Assembly: GCF_013377255.1 (NCBI RefSeq)
Contig: NZ_CP016614.1
Span: 1,620,021-1,684,020, forward strand
Length of the DNA stretch: 64,000 nucleotides
Source: Mannheimia granulomatis
GTDB lineage: Bacteria; Pseudomonadota; Gammaproteobacteria; Enterobacterales; Pasteurellaceae
Reading direction: 5' to 3'
Shown here: piece after piece, positions 11,370 to 23,934 of the stretch
Position numbering within the stretch: the stretch's first letter is position 1
How the letters are laid out: every line of letters starts with the position of its first letter
The notes under the pieces: model-generated
Database searches by the model: none
What the model was told of the DNA's origin: nothing
What the model saw: only the letters and a program-made list of their open reading frames with translations
Translations under genes and position numbers: made by a program

Positions 11370-12062
11370 ATGAAAAATTCGCCTCAGCTTGCCAGCTTTT
11401 CTCATACTGAACAGGAATTGCTAACCAAAGCACAATGGTTGGCAGGCTTTACCTTAGGTGAAATTGCCGAAATGTTGAATATGCCTATACCCATGGATTT
11501 AAAACGAGATAAAGGCTGGGTGGGTATGTTAATTGAAACGGCATTAGGTGCAAAAGCCGGTAGTAAAGCCGAACAAGATTTTGCACACCTTGGTATTGAA
11601 CTTAAAACTATTCCTGTTAATGAAAAAGGCTTGCCTTTAGAAACAACCTTTGTCAGCCTTGCGCCACTAACACAGAATAATGGCATTACTTGGCAAAGTT
11701 GCCATGTTCGACATAAACTCTCTCGTGTTTTATGGATTCCGGTTGAAGGTAAACGCACAATTCCACTCTACCAACGCCATATAGGGCAGCCGATTTTATG
11801 GTCGCCTTCCGTTGAGCAAGAATATCGTCTGCAACAGGATTGGGAAGAGCTTATGGAAATGATTGTGTTAGGTAAGCTTAATGAAATTAACGCTACACTT
11901 GGAGAGGTATTGCAGCTTCGCCCAAAAGGTAGGAATAGCCACTCACTTGCCCCCGCGATCAATAATAAAGGTGAGCTGGTGCAATCTCTGCCTTTAGGCT
12001 TTTATTTACGCAAACAATTTACGGCTGAAATTTTACAAAACTTTTTGCATTACCCCCTTTAA
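11370..12062 (+). CDS. mutH: DNA mismatch repair endonuclease MutH
   Basis: Colinear with E. coli MutH ([42 protein letters not shown]). Start taken at MKNSPQL. Confidence 0.88.
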   Translation: MKNSPQLASFSHTEQELLTKAQWLAGFTLGEIAEMLNMPIPMDLKRDKGWVGMLIETALGAKAGSKAEQDFAHLGIELKTIPVNEKGLPLETTFVSLAPLTQNNGITWQSCHVRHKLSRVLWIPVEGKRTIPLYQRHIGQPILWSPSVEQEYRLQQDWEELMEMIVLGKLNEINATLGEVLQLRPKGRNSHSLAPAINNKGELVQSLPLGFYLRKQFTAEILQNFLHYPL

Positions 12063-12145
12063 ATTTTGCTCAACTCTCTATATGATGTCCTCCTTTTTTG
12101 GATAGAAAAAAACAATTAATCCCCCTATTTTTTGAAGGATATTTT

Positions 12146-12877
12146 ATGTTTGATTGGATTGCAAACCCCGAAGCCTGGATCGCACTTTTAACCTTAACCG
12201 GGCTTGAAATCGTGTTAGGTATCGATAATATTATTGTAATTAGTATTTTGGTTTCTCGCCTACCAGTACATCAACGCCAATCTGCACGTATTATTGGCTT
12301 GGCTCTTGCGATGGGAACCCGCATCCTGCTATTACTTTCGTTCGCTTGGATGATGCGCTTGGTCGATCCTCTCTTTAACGTTGCAGGCAATGAAATTTCT
12401 GGACGTGATCTGATTTTATTACTCGGCGGTATTTTCCTTATCGTAAAAAGTGCAATGGAATTAAAAGAATCTATCGCTGCCGAATCCCATGAAGAAAACC
12501 AAGCAACTAGTAAAACAGCAAGCTTTTTCATGATTTTAACTCAAATTGCCATTTTTGATGTTGTATTCTCGCTTGATTCTGTGATTACGGCTGTTGCAAT
12601 GGCAAAAGATATTCCGGTTATGGTAATCGCGATTGTGATTGCAGTGGCAGTGATGATGTTAGCAGCAAAAAGCATTGGCGATTTCGTAGATAATAATCCA
12701 ACTATCAAAAACTTAGCACTCGCCTTCTTGATTTTAATCGGTATCGTATTAATTGCCGAAGGTTTCGATATTCACATACCAAAAGCAGCTGTTTACACCG
12801 CAATGGGCTTCTCCGTGATTGTGGAAATGCTCAACATAAAGATGCGTAGCAATCAAGAAAAGCTTGAACAAGTATAA
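12146..12877 (+). CDS. TerC-family integral membrane protein
   Basis: LEIVLGIDNIIVISIL ... and a second DSVITAV repeat; multiple TM segments. Start at MFDW, after GAAGGA. Confidence 0.75.
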   Translation: MFDWIANPEAWIALLTLTGLEIVLGIDNIIVISILVSRLPVHQRQSARIIGLALAMGTRILLLLSFAWMMRLVDPLFNVAGNEISGRDLILLLGGIFLIVKSAMELKESIAAESHEENQATSKTASFFMILTQIAIFDVVFSLDSVITAVAMAKDIPVMVIAIVIAVAVMMLAAKSIGDFVDNNPTIKNLALAFLILIGIVLIAEGFDIHIPKAAVYTAMGFSVIVEMLNIKMRSNQEKLEQV

Positions 12878-12894
12878 TTGCTTATCCTTTTAAC

Positions 12895-12922
12895 AGCCCT
12901 TGATGAAAATCAAGGGCTTTTT
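12895..12922 (+). terminator. Rho-independent terminator after the TerC-family gene
   Basis: AGCCCTTGAT-loop-ATCAAGGGCT followed by TTTTT. Confidence 0.75.
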
Positions 12923-12990
12923 AATGTACAATACCCCTAACAAGCGGTCGTTTTACCCAATTTTTTTACAAATTATTCTAACTCAAAATT

Positions 12991-14028
12991 ATGTTACTGA
13001 TTGATATTAAAGATAAAGAACTTACCCAAGAAGAAGTGGAAATGTTAGAACATCCTCTGGTTTCAGGGCTGATTTTATTTACCCGTAATTTTTATGATAA
13101 AGCCCAAATGCAAGCATTAGTGAAAGACATTCGCCAAAGGGTGAAAAAGCCACTGTTGATTACAGTCGATCAAGAAGGCGGACGTGTGCAACGTTTCCGT
13201 GAAGGGTTTACCAAATTACCGGCAATGCAATCTTTCAAACAACTTGCCACAACCGAAGCCGAAGCTACCCAAATCGCAAAAGAATCAGGCTGGCTAATGG
13301 CTGCTGAAATGTTTGCATTAGACATTGATTTAAGTTTTGCCCCCGTATTGGATTTAGGCCATGAATGCAAAGCAATTGGCGACCGTTCATTTGGGCAAGA
13401 TCCCAGTGCAATTTTACCGATAGCTGAGGCTTTCATCGATGGCATGATTGAAATAGGCATGGCGACCACAGGTAAGCACTTCCCCGGTCACGGGCATGTA
13501 TTAGCCGATTCACATTTAGAAACCCCTTTTGATGATCGTCCACGAGAAATGATTTTTGAGCACGATATCCAACCATTCAAACAGCTTATTTCTAAAGGTA
13601 AGCTTTCCGCAATTATGCCTGCACACGTAGTTTATACCCAATGTGATAGCCAGCCTGCAAGCGGCTCAATCTATTGGTTAAAAGAAGTGCTACGTAAACA
13701 ATTAAATTTCAACGGTGTAATTTTCTCAGACGATTTAGGCATGAAAGGTGCCGGTTTTATGGGGAATTTCGTAGAACGTTCGGAAAAAGCTATTCAAGCA
13801 GGTTGTGATTTACTCTTACTTTGCAATGAACCGGGTGGCGTTGTTCAAGTATTAGATAGCTTGAAATATCAACCAACCCAAGCTCAAAAAGAACGTCATT
13901 TATCATTGATGAAACGTAAAACAATCAGTTGGCAAGAGCTGGAAAATAGCTCCCGCTACAAGCGAGCACAACTTGAGCTAACCACCTTACAAAACAAATG
14001 GTTAGAGTGGAAAGAAGCCAATGCCTAA
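12991..14028 (+). CDS. nagZ: Beta-N-acetylhexosaminidase NagZ
   Basis: GH3 N-terminal domain ([20 protein letters not shown]). Confidence 0.88.
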   Translation: MLLIDIKDKELTQEEVEMLEHPLVSGLILFTRNFYDKAQMQALVKDIRQRVKKPLLITVDQEGGRVQRFREGFTKLPAMQSFKQLATTEAEATQIAKESGWLMAAEMFALDIDLSFAPVLDLGHECKAIGDRSFGQDPSAILPIAEAFIDGMIEIGMATTGKHFPGHGHVLADSHLETPFDDRPREMIFEHDIQPFKQLISKGKLSAIMPAHVVYTQCDSQPASGSIYWLKEVLRKQLNFNGVIFSDDLGMKGAGFMGNFVERSEKAIQAGCDLLLLCNEPGGVVQVLDSLKYQPTQAQKERHLSLMKRKTISWQELENSSRYKRAQLELTTLQNKWLEWKEANA

Positions 14029-15199
14029 TATGTTGCAATGTTCTCATTTTGAACGTGGTAATTGTACTTCTTGCCAATGGCTTGAAAAGCCTTATAGCAC
14101 TCAATTATCCGATAAATTAGCTGATCTCAAGCGGTTAATTTCACCTTTTATTTTGCAAAATAAAACGGAAATATTACCGCTTGTCTCCTCTCCTCTTTCT
14201 CATTTTCGCAATAAAGCCAAAATGATAGTTTCCGGCAGTGTGGAACGTCCGATTCTCGGTATTTTAAAAGATCAAAATGATGTGCAAAGCGGCATTGATT
14301 TAACCGACTGCTCACTCTACCCTACTTCATTTACGACACTATTTCCCATTCTGAAAGACTTTATCGCCCGAGCAGGCTTGGTGCCGTATAACATTGCGAA
14401 GAAAAAAGGTGAGCTGAAATATATTCTGATTACCGAAAGCCAATATAATCAATCACTTATGTTACGCTTTGTGGTAAGAAGCGAAACCAAACGAGCATTA
14501 GTCGAACGAGAGCTGCCAAAGCTGTTGGAAAAGTTGCCTACAAACTCAGTGGTGAGCCTTAATATTCAGCCCCAACACGCAGCTTTACTCGAGGGCGAAA
14601 AGGAAATTTTTCTTACTGAACAGAAAGTGATTAAAGAATATTTCAACGGAGTACCGCTGTTTATTCGTCCACAAGGCTTTTTTCAGACTAATCCACAAGT
14701 TGCCAGTGAACTTTATCGGACAGCACAAACATGGATTAAAGATTTGCCCATTGGAAAATTTTGGGATCTTTTCTGCGGTGTCGGCGGCTTTGGCTTACAT
14801 TGTGCCAATACCTTGGCTTGTCAAAATCCTAATGTGGAATTAACCGGCATTGAGATTTCAGCTTCAGCTATTGAAAGTGCAACTAAATCAGCAAACGAAC
14901 TTGGCTTAAATAAAGTAAAATTCGCCTCACTAGATTCAGCTCAATTTGCGTTAAATGAAACCGGCTCAACGCCAGATTTAGTGATTGTCAATCCACCTCG
15001 CCGAGGTATTGGCAAACCGTTAGCAGAATTTCTTGATCAGCTCGGCTCGCCCTATTTGATTTATTCAAGTTGTAATGCTAATTCAATGGCAAAAGACTTT
15101 GAATCACTGACCAATTATGAATTACACAAAGTACAACTTTTTGATATGTTTCCGCATACTGCACACTACGAAACCTTGGCGTTTTTAGTCAAAAAGTAA
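14021..15199 (+). CDS. rlmC: 23S rRNA (uracil747-C5)-methyltransferase RlmC (RumB)
   Basis: N-terminal Cys4 cluster (CxxxxxxCxxCQW), FFQTNP motif and C-terminal MFPHTAHYE. By the E. coli alignment the start may be the second ATG at 14030. Confidence 0.85.
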   Translation: MPNMLQCSHFERGNCTSCQWLEKPYSTQLSDKLADLKRLISPFILQNKTEILPLVSSPLSHFRNKAKMIVSGSVERPILGILKDQNDVQSGIDLTDCSLYPTSFTTLFPILKDFIARAGLVPYNIAKKKGELKYILITESQYNQSLMLRFVVRSETKRALVERELPKLLEKLPTNSVVSLNIQPQHAALLEGEKEIFLTEQKVIKEYFNGVPLFIRPQGFFQTNPQVASELYRTAQTWIKDLPIGKFWDLFCGVGGFGLHCANTLACQNPNVELTGIEISASAIESATKSANELGLNKVKFASLDSAQFALNETGSTPDLVIVNPPRRGIGKPLAEFLDQLGSPYLIYSSCNANSMAKDFESLTNYELHKVQLFDMFPHTAHYETLAFLVKK

Positions 15200-15377
15200 G
15201 CATTACAAGGGGTCAATTTTTTGCCGTTTTTTGCAAATATTGCTATAATCTTAGCGAATATCGTCTTAGATCAAATTAGTGATAAATTATTTGTCGGAAT
15301 TGCGGTTTTTAAAAGACAAAAGCAGAAAATCGCTTTAATATATATCTATTCTTTTTTTCTATTAACTCTCACATTAG

Positions 15378-16700
<1,323 letters not shown>

Positions 16701-16720
16701 TTGCTGATATAAAATTGCAA

Positions 16721-16748
16721 ATGCCACTGAGAAATCAGTGGCATTTTT
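16721..16748 (+). terminator. Rho-independent terminator after eno
   Basis: GCCACTGA-loop-TCAGTGGC followed by TTTTT. Confidence 0.75.
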
Positions 16749-16766
16749 CTATATAAGGATAACTCA

Positions 16767-17183
16767 ATGCTCTACTCTGTTTTAACCGATCACATTTTAC
16801 TCAATGAACCTTACCGCAATGGGGCTCATTCCACTCAGCATGAACATTTGGTGGTGATGTTTGAAATTGATGAAGAAACCGGCTATTTTTATGCAATGGA
16901 TTTACACCAAACCGAACAGCCGGTGGTAGATAGCTTATTTGTTTTTAGCATTAGTGATATTGAACAAAACTCGCTACACGAGCCACGCCGAGTAGAAATT
17001 TGTTGGGACGAAAGCGGTTATCAAGCCTTCTTGCTGATCAACGGCTACCCGCACGCGGTGTTTGATTTCCGTCAATTTGTTGGCTATAACCACAGCAAAT
17101 TCCCTCACCCGGAACTTGGCAGTATGTGGGTGCATAAAGAAACCACGAAAGAATTAGTTGAGAAATGGTTAAGCAATAGCTAA
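16767..17183 (+). CDS. Hypothetical protein, 138 aa, family not recognised
   Basis: Clean ORF with an AAGGA-type ribosome-binding site, bracketed by hairpins on both sides. Confidence 0.5.
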   Translation: MLYSVLTDHILLNEPYRNGAHSTQHEHLVVMFEIDEETGYFYAMDLHQTEQPVVDSLFVFSISDIEQNSLHEPRRVEICWDESGYQAFLLINGYPHAVFDFRQFVGYNHSKFPHPELGSMWVHKETTKELVEKWLSNS

Positions 17184-17190
17184 AACTATA

Positions 17191-17211
17191 AGGACGCACC
17201 AAAGTGCGTCC
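17191..17211. terminator. Hairpin between the hypothetical gene and apbC (probable terminator for the minus-strand apbC)
   Basis: AGGACGCAC-CAAA-GTGCGTCC. The T-rich tract lies on the minus-strand side. Confidence 0.5.
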
Positions 17212-17232
17212 CTAAAACAAAAATCTCTGATC

Positions 17233-18357
17233 CTATTTTACTTCTCTAATCATAATCTCGGATGGAATCACACTTCCCTGCCAGTAGAGCTCAGCAGCTA
17301 CTTTTTCCGCTAAGGCAAAATAGGCCTGACTAATCTCATGATCCGGTGCCGCAGCAACCGTTGGCACACCGGCATCTAAATCTTCACGTAAACGGATATG
17401 TAGCGGCAGTTGTGCTAACACTTGAGTTCCATATTTTTGTGCTATTTTATCTGCCCCACCGGTCCCAAAAATGGCTTCATGGTGACCACAGTTTGAGCAA
17501 ATATGCATCGACATATTTTCCACCACACCAAGCACCGGTACAGAAACTTTCTCAAACATTGAAATTCCTTTAATAGCGTCTAATAGTGCAATATCTTGTG
17601 GAGTAGTAACAACAATCGCACCTGTTACCGGAATTTGCTGAGAAAGCGTTAATTGAATATCCCCCGTACCCGGCGGCATATCAATCACTAAATAATCCAA
17701 TTCATTCCACCAAGTTTCATTCAGTAGCTGGCTTAACGCACTACTTGCCATTGGGCCCCGCCAAATGGTTGCATTATCTTCATCCATTAAATAACCAATT
17801 GAATTAGATTGCAGACCATGTGCGATAATTGGTGTGATGTGCTTATTATCCGGTGAAGTCGGACGTTGGTCTTTTGCTCCCAGCATATGGGGAATTGATG
17901 GACCATAAATATCCGCATCCAAAATCCCCACTCTTGCTCCTTGGGCTTGCAACGCTAATGCTAAGTTTACTGATGTAGTCGATTTCCCTACGCCACCTTT
18001 ACCAGAAGTAACCGCAATAATATTTTTCACACCATTCACAGCCGGATGCTTATTCGCACGTTTTAAGGTAGCAATTTGGTAATTTAGTACCCATTTTACA
18101 CCGCTTGCTGCTGCAACTTGCTTCAATTTTTCTTCAGTCTCTGATTTTAGTGCCTGAAAACCACCATTCCAAGCAAAGGGCATAGTTATTTCAATTCGTA
18201 AAATACTTCCACCTAACTCTGCCTTTTTAAAAGCATTTAATGCGATAAGATCTTTTTGCAATGTTGGGTGCGAAAATTGTTGTAAAACACTTTTAATTTC
18301 AACAAGTTGCTGCTCTGTTAATTGATTCATCATATTAATCCTTTTGTGCTGAAACAC
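17233..18357 (-). CDS. apbC: Fe-S cluster carrier ATPase ApbC/Mrp
   Basis: SGKGGVGKST P-loop and CxxC motif (HICSNCGHHE); colinear with E. coli Mrp. Confidence 0.9.
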   Translation of the reverse strand: MFQHKRINMMNQLTEQQLVEIKSVLQQFSHPTLQKDLIALNAFKKAELGGSILRIEITMPFAWNGGFQALKSETEEKLKQVAAASGVKWVLNYQIATLKRANKHPAVNGVKNIIAVTSGKGGVGKSTTSVNLALALQAQGARVGILDADIYGPSIPHMLGAKDQRPTSPDNKHITPIIAHGLQSNSIGYLMDEDNATIWRGPMASSALSQLLNETWWNELDYLVIDMPPGTGDIQLTLSQQIPVTGAIVVTTPQDIALLDAIKGISMFEKVSVPVLGVVENMSMHICSNCGHHEAIFGTGGADKIAQKYGTQVLAQLPLHIRLREDLDAGVPTVAAAPDHEISQAYFALAEKVAAELYWQGSVIPSEIMIREVK

Positions 18358-19879
18358 GTTGTAGATCCTTGCTATAAATTACTTCGCTATCATTATTAAG
18401 ATCAATACCTAAAAGGGAGGAAACCATCCCAACCCGATGCTGGTATTGAAATAGCGGTAGCACTGCTACATCATGATAAAGCAGTTCATTAATATCTAAA
18501 ATCAGTTGATTACGCTCTTCTAAACTTAAGTTTTCTAATTGTAGTCGTTCAAGTTTTTGATCAACTAATTCATTTTTATAATTTGAATGATTATCTGGAC
18601 TCCTGGAGTGAAATTTCTGTAAAAACATCACAGGATCAGGATAATCTGCACACCAACCTGATCTTATTAACTGGAACTCCTTATGATATCTCAATTTACT
18701 TAAGGTTTCCCAATCAACCATTTTAGGTGTAATTTGAAATAGCTCAGATTGTGAAAGCGTTCGAGTAATTTGGTTTGCAATCTTAATATTGATATGACTT
18801 TCATCATATAACAGCTTCAGTTTCAACGGATTATCTTGATGAATCCCTGCTTTTGTTAATAACTGCTCAACAACTATCGGATTCCAAGTTTTTTCTCTAT
18901 CTTTGATCAGATTATGTGGCATAACAGATTGGCTTGGAATGCCATGCTCTTGACCAATCTTTGCAGACGCAACCATTGTTCTTAATGCTTCTCGAATCTC
19001 TTTTTTACTTAGTATTGGGTCACTAAAGTTAAATTCATAATAATAAGAGCATAGACGTGGAAATTTCACAATATTCGTTTTTTGGCTGTAAAGTGGATTT
19101 TCCACAATATCAAAGCGAGTATAATTATCAACCGGTTTAATTAACTGATATTCTACTGTTTGAAAGGGAATATTTGTATCTACTGCTTTTAATACCATTT
19201 TATTGGGTATTATTTCTTCAAGTTGGTAAGCACCATTACTAACAAAATTTTCTGAATTTGGAGCTATACCGTGATAGGTAGGTAATAATGCGGCATGTGC
19301 CAACATTTCCGGCAATAAATAATTAGGATGATTTAAGCGAATTTGTAGAGAATGATCGTTTAATGCTACGACACCTAACTCAGAGGCCTCTTTTTCTTTA
19401 TCTTGAATCGCTTTCGCATTTTCTACGCCCATATAGACTAGATATTTTGCAAGAGGTGAGCAATTTTGTGGTTCAATTAAACGCTGCCAGCTAGCAACAA
19501 AATCGTGTGCGGTAACTGCATCGCCATTTGACCATTTTGCCTTCTCATTTAAAATGAACAACCACTCTTTTCCATCTTCGCTAAATCCATTCTGAGCAAT
19601 TGCAGGAATGATATCACCTTTAGCATCGTATGCCATTAAACCCACTAATAGATCTCTTAAGGGTGCCGCATCTGCAGAAGCATTCACCTTATGAGGATCA
19701 AGTACAAATATATCTGAATAAATTGCACGCTTTAATAGCTCACTAGTGTGGCTTTCAATTGGTGAGATTTGAGTTGATTTAGGACTATTTAGTTTGTCAC
19801 AAGCAGTAATGAGTAGCATGCAAGCGGTTATTTTTGCCAGTTTTTTTACAAATTTAACCGCTTGTAGAGATTTAAACAT
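18335..19879 (-). CDS. Family-5 (peptide/nickel/heme-type) ABC substrate-binding lipoprotein, orphan (no permease genes adjacent)
   Basis: Lipoprotein signal (..LLITAC|D) and SBP_bac_5-like length and composition. HbpA/DppA-like, but the specific ortholog is uncertain. Confidence 0.6.
   Translation of the reverse strand: MFKSLQAVKFVKKLAKITACMLLITACDKLNSPKSTQISPIESHTSELLKRAIYSDIFVLDPHKVNASADAAPLRDLLVGLMAYDAKGDIIPAIAQNGFSEDGKEWLFILNEKAKWSNGDAVTAHDFVASWQRLIEPQNCSPLAKYLVYMGVENAKAIQDKEKEASELGVVALNDHSLQIRLNHPNYLLPEMLAHAALLPTYHGIAPNSENFVSNGAYQLEEIIPNKMVLKAVDTNIPFQTVEYQLIKPVDNYTRFDIVENPLYSQKTNIVKFPRLCSYYYEFNFSDPILSKKEIREALRTMVASAKIGQEHGIPSQSVMPHNLIKDREKTWNPIVVEQLLTKAGIHQDNPLKLKLLYDESHINIKIANQITRTLSQSELFQITPKMVDWETLSKLRYHKEFQLIRSGWCADYPDPVMFLQKFHSRSPDNHSNYKNELVDQKLERLQLENLSLEERNQLILDINELLYHDVAVLPLFQYQHRVGMVSSLLGIDLNNDSEVIYSKDLQRVSAQKD
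19830..19876. repeat. Inverted USS pair inside the signal-peptide coding region of the substrate-binding lipoprotein gene
   Basis: GCAAGCGGTTA...TTTAACCGCTTGTAG. Confidence 0.8.
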
Positions 19880-19906
19880 AAGTCTCCTAAAAACGAATCA
19901 AGGTTA

Positions 19907-20554
19907 TTAAACAAGAAGCCCGGGGAATAGTGTAGTAATCCCCGCTACAATAATTTCAATGCCAAGTGCCATTAAAATCAACCCCATGATACGGGTCACA
20001 ACATTCGATCCGGTTCTACCTAATTTCTTAACCAGAGGAGCTGAATAACGAAATAAAATATAACAGATCAATGCAAAAATAATAATAGCAAGGCTAAATC
20101 CGACATAATCCTCCCAATTATGGTACCTAGTTCCCCAAACTATCGTTGAACCTATTGCCCCCGGGCCTGCCATAATCGGCATAGCAAGCGGGACAACACC
20201 TATATTTTCATATTCAGTAATATCCTCATTTTTTTCTTCTTTATTTTGTTTATGTTCGCCCAGTTTACCGCTGATCATTGTCATCGCAATACTAACAATC
20301 AAAATCCCACCGGCAACTCTAAATGAGCTTAAAGAAATACTGAAGGCATTTAAAATCAAGTTTCCAAAGTAAAGACTGACAAGCAAAATAATGCCAATTG
20401 ATACAGCAGTAACCAAACTTGTACGATTACGCTCCCCCTCATATTGATGGGCAGTCATACTGAAAAAAATCGGCAAAGAACCAAATGGATTTACAATAGC
20501 AAAAAGCCCGATAAAGAACTGAAGATAGATAGCAAAATTAACAATAATATCCAC
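19907..20554 (-). CDS. MarC-family (UPF0056) integral membrane protein
   Basis: FAIVNPFGSLPIFFS signature; six TM segments. Confidence 0.8.
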   Translation of the reverse strand: MDIIVNFAIYLQFFIGLFAIVNPFGSLPIFFSMTAHQYEGERNRTSLVTAVSIGIILLVSLYFGNLILNAFSISLSSFRVAGGILIVSIAMTMISGKLGEHKQNKEEKNEDITEYENIGVVPLAMPIMAGPGAIGSTIVWGTRYHNWEDYVGFSLAIIIFALICYILFRYSAPLVKKLGRTGSNVVTRIMGLILMALGIEIIVAGITTLFPGLLV

Positions 20555-20676
20555 AACAACGGTCTCAAATAACGATATTTCTACATGATTATATAGCGTA
20601 ATTTAAAAGGAGACAAAACTAAAAGCCACAAAACCATTTCAGATTATGGGCACTTTTAGTTTAAAAACTTAGACAA

Positions 20677-22545
20677 TTAACGAGATGACTGATTAATAAA
20701 TTCTTCATTCACTTCAATAGAAGCTCTTGCACGAAGATCCTTTAACAATTCATTACGTAAAATCAAACGATTTGCTTCTGCGAATTGTGGAGCTAAAGTA
20801 TTAAATTTTTCAGCATCTCCCTCCTTGATTTTATCTAATGCAACAATCACAATATCACCTTGTTGGTTGCGCGCAACTTGATAGCTTGTTTTGTCTGCCT
20901 CTTTTTTCATTGCAAACACCGTTTTGGCTAAGGTCGGATTCTCCACCTCTGCTTGCATATACACTAAAGTTTGTGGTGCATTAAATTTCACATCAGTTGT
21001 TTTACCTTCATTTAATGCTTTAAGAGCTTCATCAGCCTTACTCTGTAACGCTTTTTCCGCTTTCTCAGCTTTTACGAAATTCTCAACTGCAGCCTTTGCT
21101 TCATCAAAAGTTTGCACACGCTCAGCATCATATTCACTCACTCGTACGAATAAGGTTTTCGGTTGAGTTTCCGTACCAATTTCTAGAGCATCAGAATTTT
21201 GCTTATTTTGACGTAACTCCCCATCAAATAACGCTTTTAACACTTTTTCATGCTGTAAAGCTGCAGGTACATTTGCTCGAGTAAATTGTGCTGTTTTTTG
21301 TAATTCAACACCACCTGCTTTTGCAACTTCTTCCAATGAGCTATTATTTTCAAATGCTTTGTTTGCCATTTCACGAGCAGTATTTGAATATTCGGTTAGT
21401 ACTAATTCTTGACGAATAGTATCCACTATACGATCTTTTACTTGAGCTAATTCAATAACCTGTTCCGGCTTGCGTTCCAGCACTTTGATAATATGGTAAG
21501 CATTATCCACTTTCACCACATTACTGATTTGACCCGCATTTAAATTTACTATTGCATCTTCAAATGCTTTTGGGAAAGTACCCGCTTTAGCCCAACCTAA
21601 ATCACCGCCATGGGCGGCAGACAAGCTATCAATCGACTTCGCTTTTGCTAAAGTAGCAAAATCTGCACCATTTTTTAGCTCTTGTTCAACTGCTTTTGCT
21701 TGCTCTTCATTAGTTAATTGAATATGAGCTAAATGAGCTTCGCCTTTTGTTATATATTCAGATTTATTACGGTCGTAATAAGTTTGAATCTGCTCATCAG
21801 TAATTTGGACTTTTTTCTCAATATCTTTTGGTGAAAGAGACACATATTCAACTACTAATTTTTCAGGCGCTAATAATTTTGCTTTATTGGCATCATAATA
21901 AGCTTTCAATTCTTCTTGTGAAGCGATCTGATTTGGCATTTCTTTTGCAATTGAATATTCCGCTAAACGCACTTCACGCTGTTGTAATAACAATTTTGCC
22001 AATAGCTCTTGCTGTGCCGGTACGGTAAAATCGCTGTTTACGATGCCTTCTTGTAGCTGAGATTGCAACATACCTTCGTGCACAATCGCTGCATAACCAT
22101 CTGCACTTAAGCCGTTATTACGTAAAGTTTGTTGATATAAATCGTTGCTGAATTTGCCGTCTTGTTGGAAAATTTGGCTGTTTACAATTTCCGACTTAAT
22201 TTGCTCAGCACTAATACCAAGCTTTAACTGTTTTGCATATTGCCGTAAGAGCTCTTCATCCACTAAGCCGTTCAGTACAGATTGATTAAATTGAGCAGCA
22301 TATTCGGGATTATCCATTAAATCCCAAAAACGGCTACCCATTTCTGCATTCAAAATATTTTGCTGACGACTTACTGCATTATTAAACACTTGCTGGCTGA
22401 TTTCCTCTCCATTGACTTTAGCAATTGAGTTATCAGATGAAATTAAGCCACCACTAATACCACCTATGACAAATGAAATAGAGATCAATGCAAAAATAAT
22501 TTTAAATACCGGTCCATTCGTCCGCTCATGCATACTTTCAATCAT
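20677..22545 (-). CDS. ppiD: Periplasmic chaperone PpiD
   Basis: N-terminal TM anchor (KIIFALISISFVIGGISG) and SurA-like/parvulin domains; 622 aa. Confidence 0.88.
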   Translation of the reverse strand: MIESMHERTNGPVFKIIFALISISFVIGGISGGLISSDNSIAKVNGEEISQQVFNNAVSRQQNILNAEMGSRFWDLMDNPEYAAQFNQSVLNGLVDEELLRQYAKQLKLGISAEQIKSEIVNSQIFQQDGKFSNDLYQQTLRNNGLSADGYAAIVHEGMLQSQLQEGIVNSDFTVPAQQELLAKLLLQQREVRLAEYSIAKEMPNQIASQEELKAYYDANKAKLLAPEKLVVEYVSLSPKDIEKKVQITDEQIQTYYDRNKSEYITKGEAHLAHIQLTNEEQAKAVEQELKNGADFATLAKAKSIDSLSAAHGGDLGWAKAGTFPKAFEDAIVNLNAGQISNVVKVDNAYHIIKVLERKPEQVIELAQVKDRIVDTIRQELVLTEYSNTAREMANKAFENNSSLEEVAKAGGVELQKTAQFTRANVPAALQHEKVLKALFDGELRQNKQNSDALEIGTETQPKTLFVRVSEYDAERVQTFDEAKAAVENFVKAEKAEKALQSKADEALKALNEGKTTDVKFNAPQTLVYMQAEVENPTLAKTVFAMKKEADKTSYQVARNQQGDIVIVALDKIKEGDAEKFNTLAPQFAEANRLILRNELLKDLRARASIEVNEEFINQSSR

Positions 22546-22625
22546 TTAAAAATTCCTAAATCTATTGATAAAAATTGGCATTGATTATACTCTTTCTGGA
22601 GTTAGAAATAAATTGCAAATTTTTA

Positions 22626-22729
22626 TTGAAATTTAACCGCTTTCTCTTTAGAATTTACAATTCCTGTCGTAGCTGGGTTAGAGATCGGCTATTGATGTAT
22701 TATCAACCCTTAACAAAAAGGAAATTAAA
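22626..22729 (+). promoter_or_regulatory. rpsO promoter (TTGAAA-17-TAGAAT) and structured leader, candidate S15 autoregulatory operator
   Basis: -35/-10 at 22626-22654. Nested hairpin GGGTT...TTGATGTATTATCAA...AACCC at 22675-22709, immediately upstream of the Shine-Dalgarno. Confidence 0.45.
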
Positions 22730-22999
22730 ATGTCTCTAAGCGTAGAAGCAAAAGCAAAAATCGTTGCTGAATTTGGTCGTGATGCAAAAGATACTGGTTC
22801 ATCAGAAGTGCAAATTGCATTATTAACAGCTCAAATCAACCACTTACAAGCACACTTTGCTGAGCATAAAAAAGATCACCATGGTCGTCGCGGTTTATTA
22901 CGTATGGTTTCTCGTCGTCGTAAATTATTAGACTACTTAAAACGTACTGATCTTGCTAAATATTCAGAAACTATCGCACGTTTAGGTTTACGTCGCTAA
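22730..22999 (+). CDS. rpsO: 30S ribosomal protein S15
   Basis: [33 protein letters not shown]... Confidence 0.96.
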   Translation: MSLSVEAKAKIVAEFGRDAKDTGSSEVQIALLTAQINHLQAHFAEHKKDHHGRRGLLRMVSRRRKLLDYLKRTDLAKYSETIARLGLRR

Positions 23000-23018
23000 T
23001 TTCAAATATTAAATATGA

Positions 23019-23047
23019 GAGCCGAGCTGAAAAGTTCGGCTTTTTTA
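23019..23047 (+). terminator. Rho-independent terminator after rpsO
   Basis: GAGCCGAGCTG-AAAA-GTTCGGC followed by TTTTTT. Confidence 0.7.
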
Positions 23048-23071
23048 TAAATCCAATATTGAGGAAAAAAT

Positions 23072-23929
23072 ATGGCATTTGCGTCATTATTTACTTTGTT
23101 AGACGATATTGCAGCTGTGCTAGACGATGTGTCTATTATGACAAAAGTTGCAGCAAAAAAAACAGCAGGTGTGATTGGCGATGATTTAGCCTTAAATGCG
23201 AATCAAGTCAGCGGTAAAAATATCTTACCTGAACGCGAATTACCTATTGTTTGGGCAGTTGCAAAAGGTTCATTTATCAATAAAGTGATCTTAATTCCAC
23301 TTGCCTTACTTCTATCAGTATTTCTGCCTCAAGCTATCATCCCATTGTTGATGATCGGTGGAGCTTATTTATGCTTTGAAGGTGTAGAAAAATTACTGCA
23401 CAAATTCTTACATAAAAACGAGCATAGCGAATCCGAAGAACTGTCGGAAAAAGATAAAATTAAAGGTGCTATCCGTACAGATTTTATTTTATCAGCCGAA
23501 ATTATCATTATTGCTTTAGGGGTTTTACAAGACTCCTCTACTCTCATTAAAATCTTATCTCTTTCTGCTATCGGTATCGGCATTACCGTGTTTGTTTACG
23601 GCTTAGTAGGCTTAATCGTTAAGTTAGATGACATCGGTTTGTGGCTAATGCGTAAAAAAAGTGCGTTCTCACAAGCGATCGGGAAAGGCTTATTATTTAC
23701 AATGCCTTGGTTTATGAAAACACTTTCTGTTATTGGTACTATCGCAATGTTCTTAGTAGGAGGTGGAATCTTTTCCCATAGCTTACCGGCAATCCATCAT
23801 TTTGTAGAGAAATTACAAATCGCGCCAAACTATTTAATGTTCGTTGATTTAGTTGTAGGTATTATAGTCGGCTTAATTTGTTGTATTATTATCTTACCTA
23901 TAATGAAATTGTTTTCGAAAAAAGCTTAA
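23072..23929 (+). CDS. DUF808 (YedI-like) inner membrane protein
   Basis: The N-terminus [20 protein letters not shown] is characteristic of the YedI family. Confidence 0.75.
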   Translation: MAFASLFTLLDDIAAVLDDVSIMTKVAAKKTAGVIGDDLALNANQVSGKNILPERELPIVWAVAKGSFINKVILIPLALLLSVFLPQAIIPLLMIGGAYLCFEGVEKLLHKFLHKNEHSESEELSEKDKIKGAIRTDFILSAEIIIIALGVLQDSSTLIKILSLSAIGIGITVFVYGLVGLIVKLDDIGLWLMRKKSAFSQAIGKGLLFTMPWFMKTLSVIGTIAMFLVGGGIFSHSLPAIHHFVEKLQIAPNYLMFVDLVVGIIVGLICCIIILPIMKLFSKKA

Positions 23930-23934
23930 TTAAA

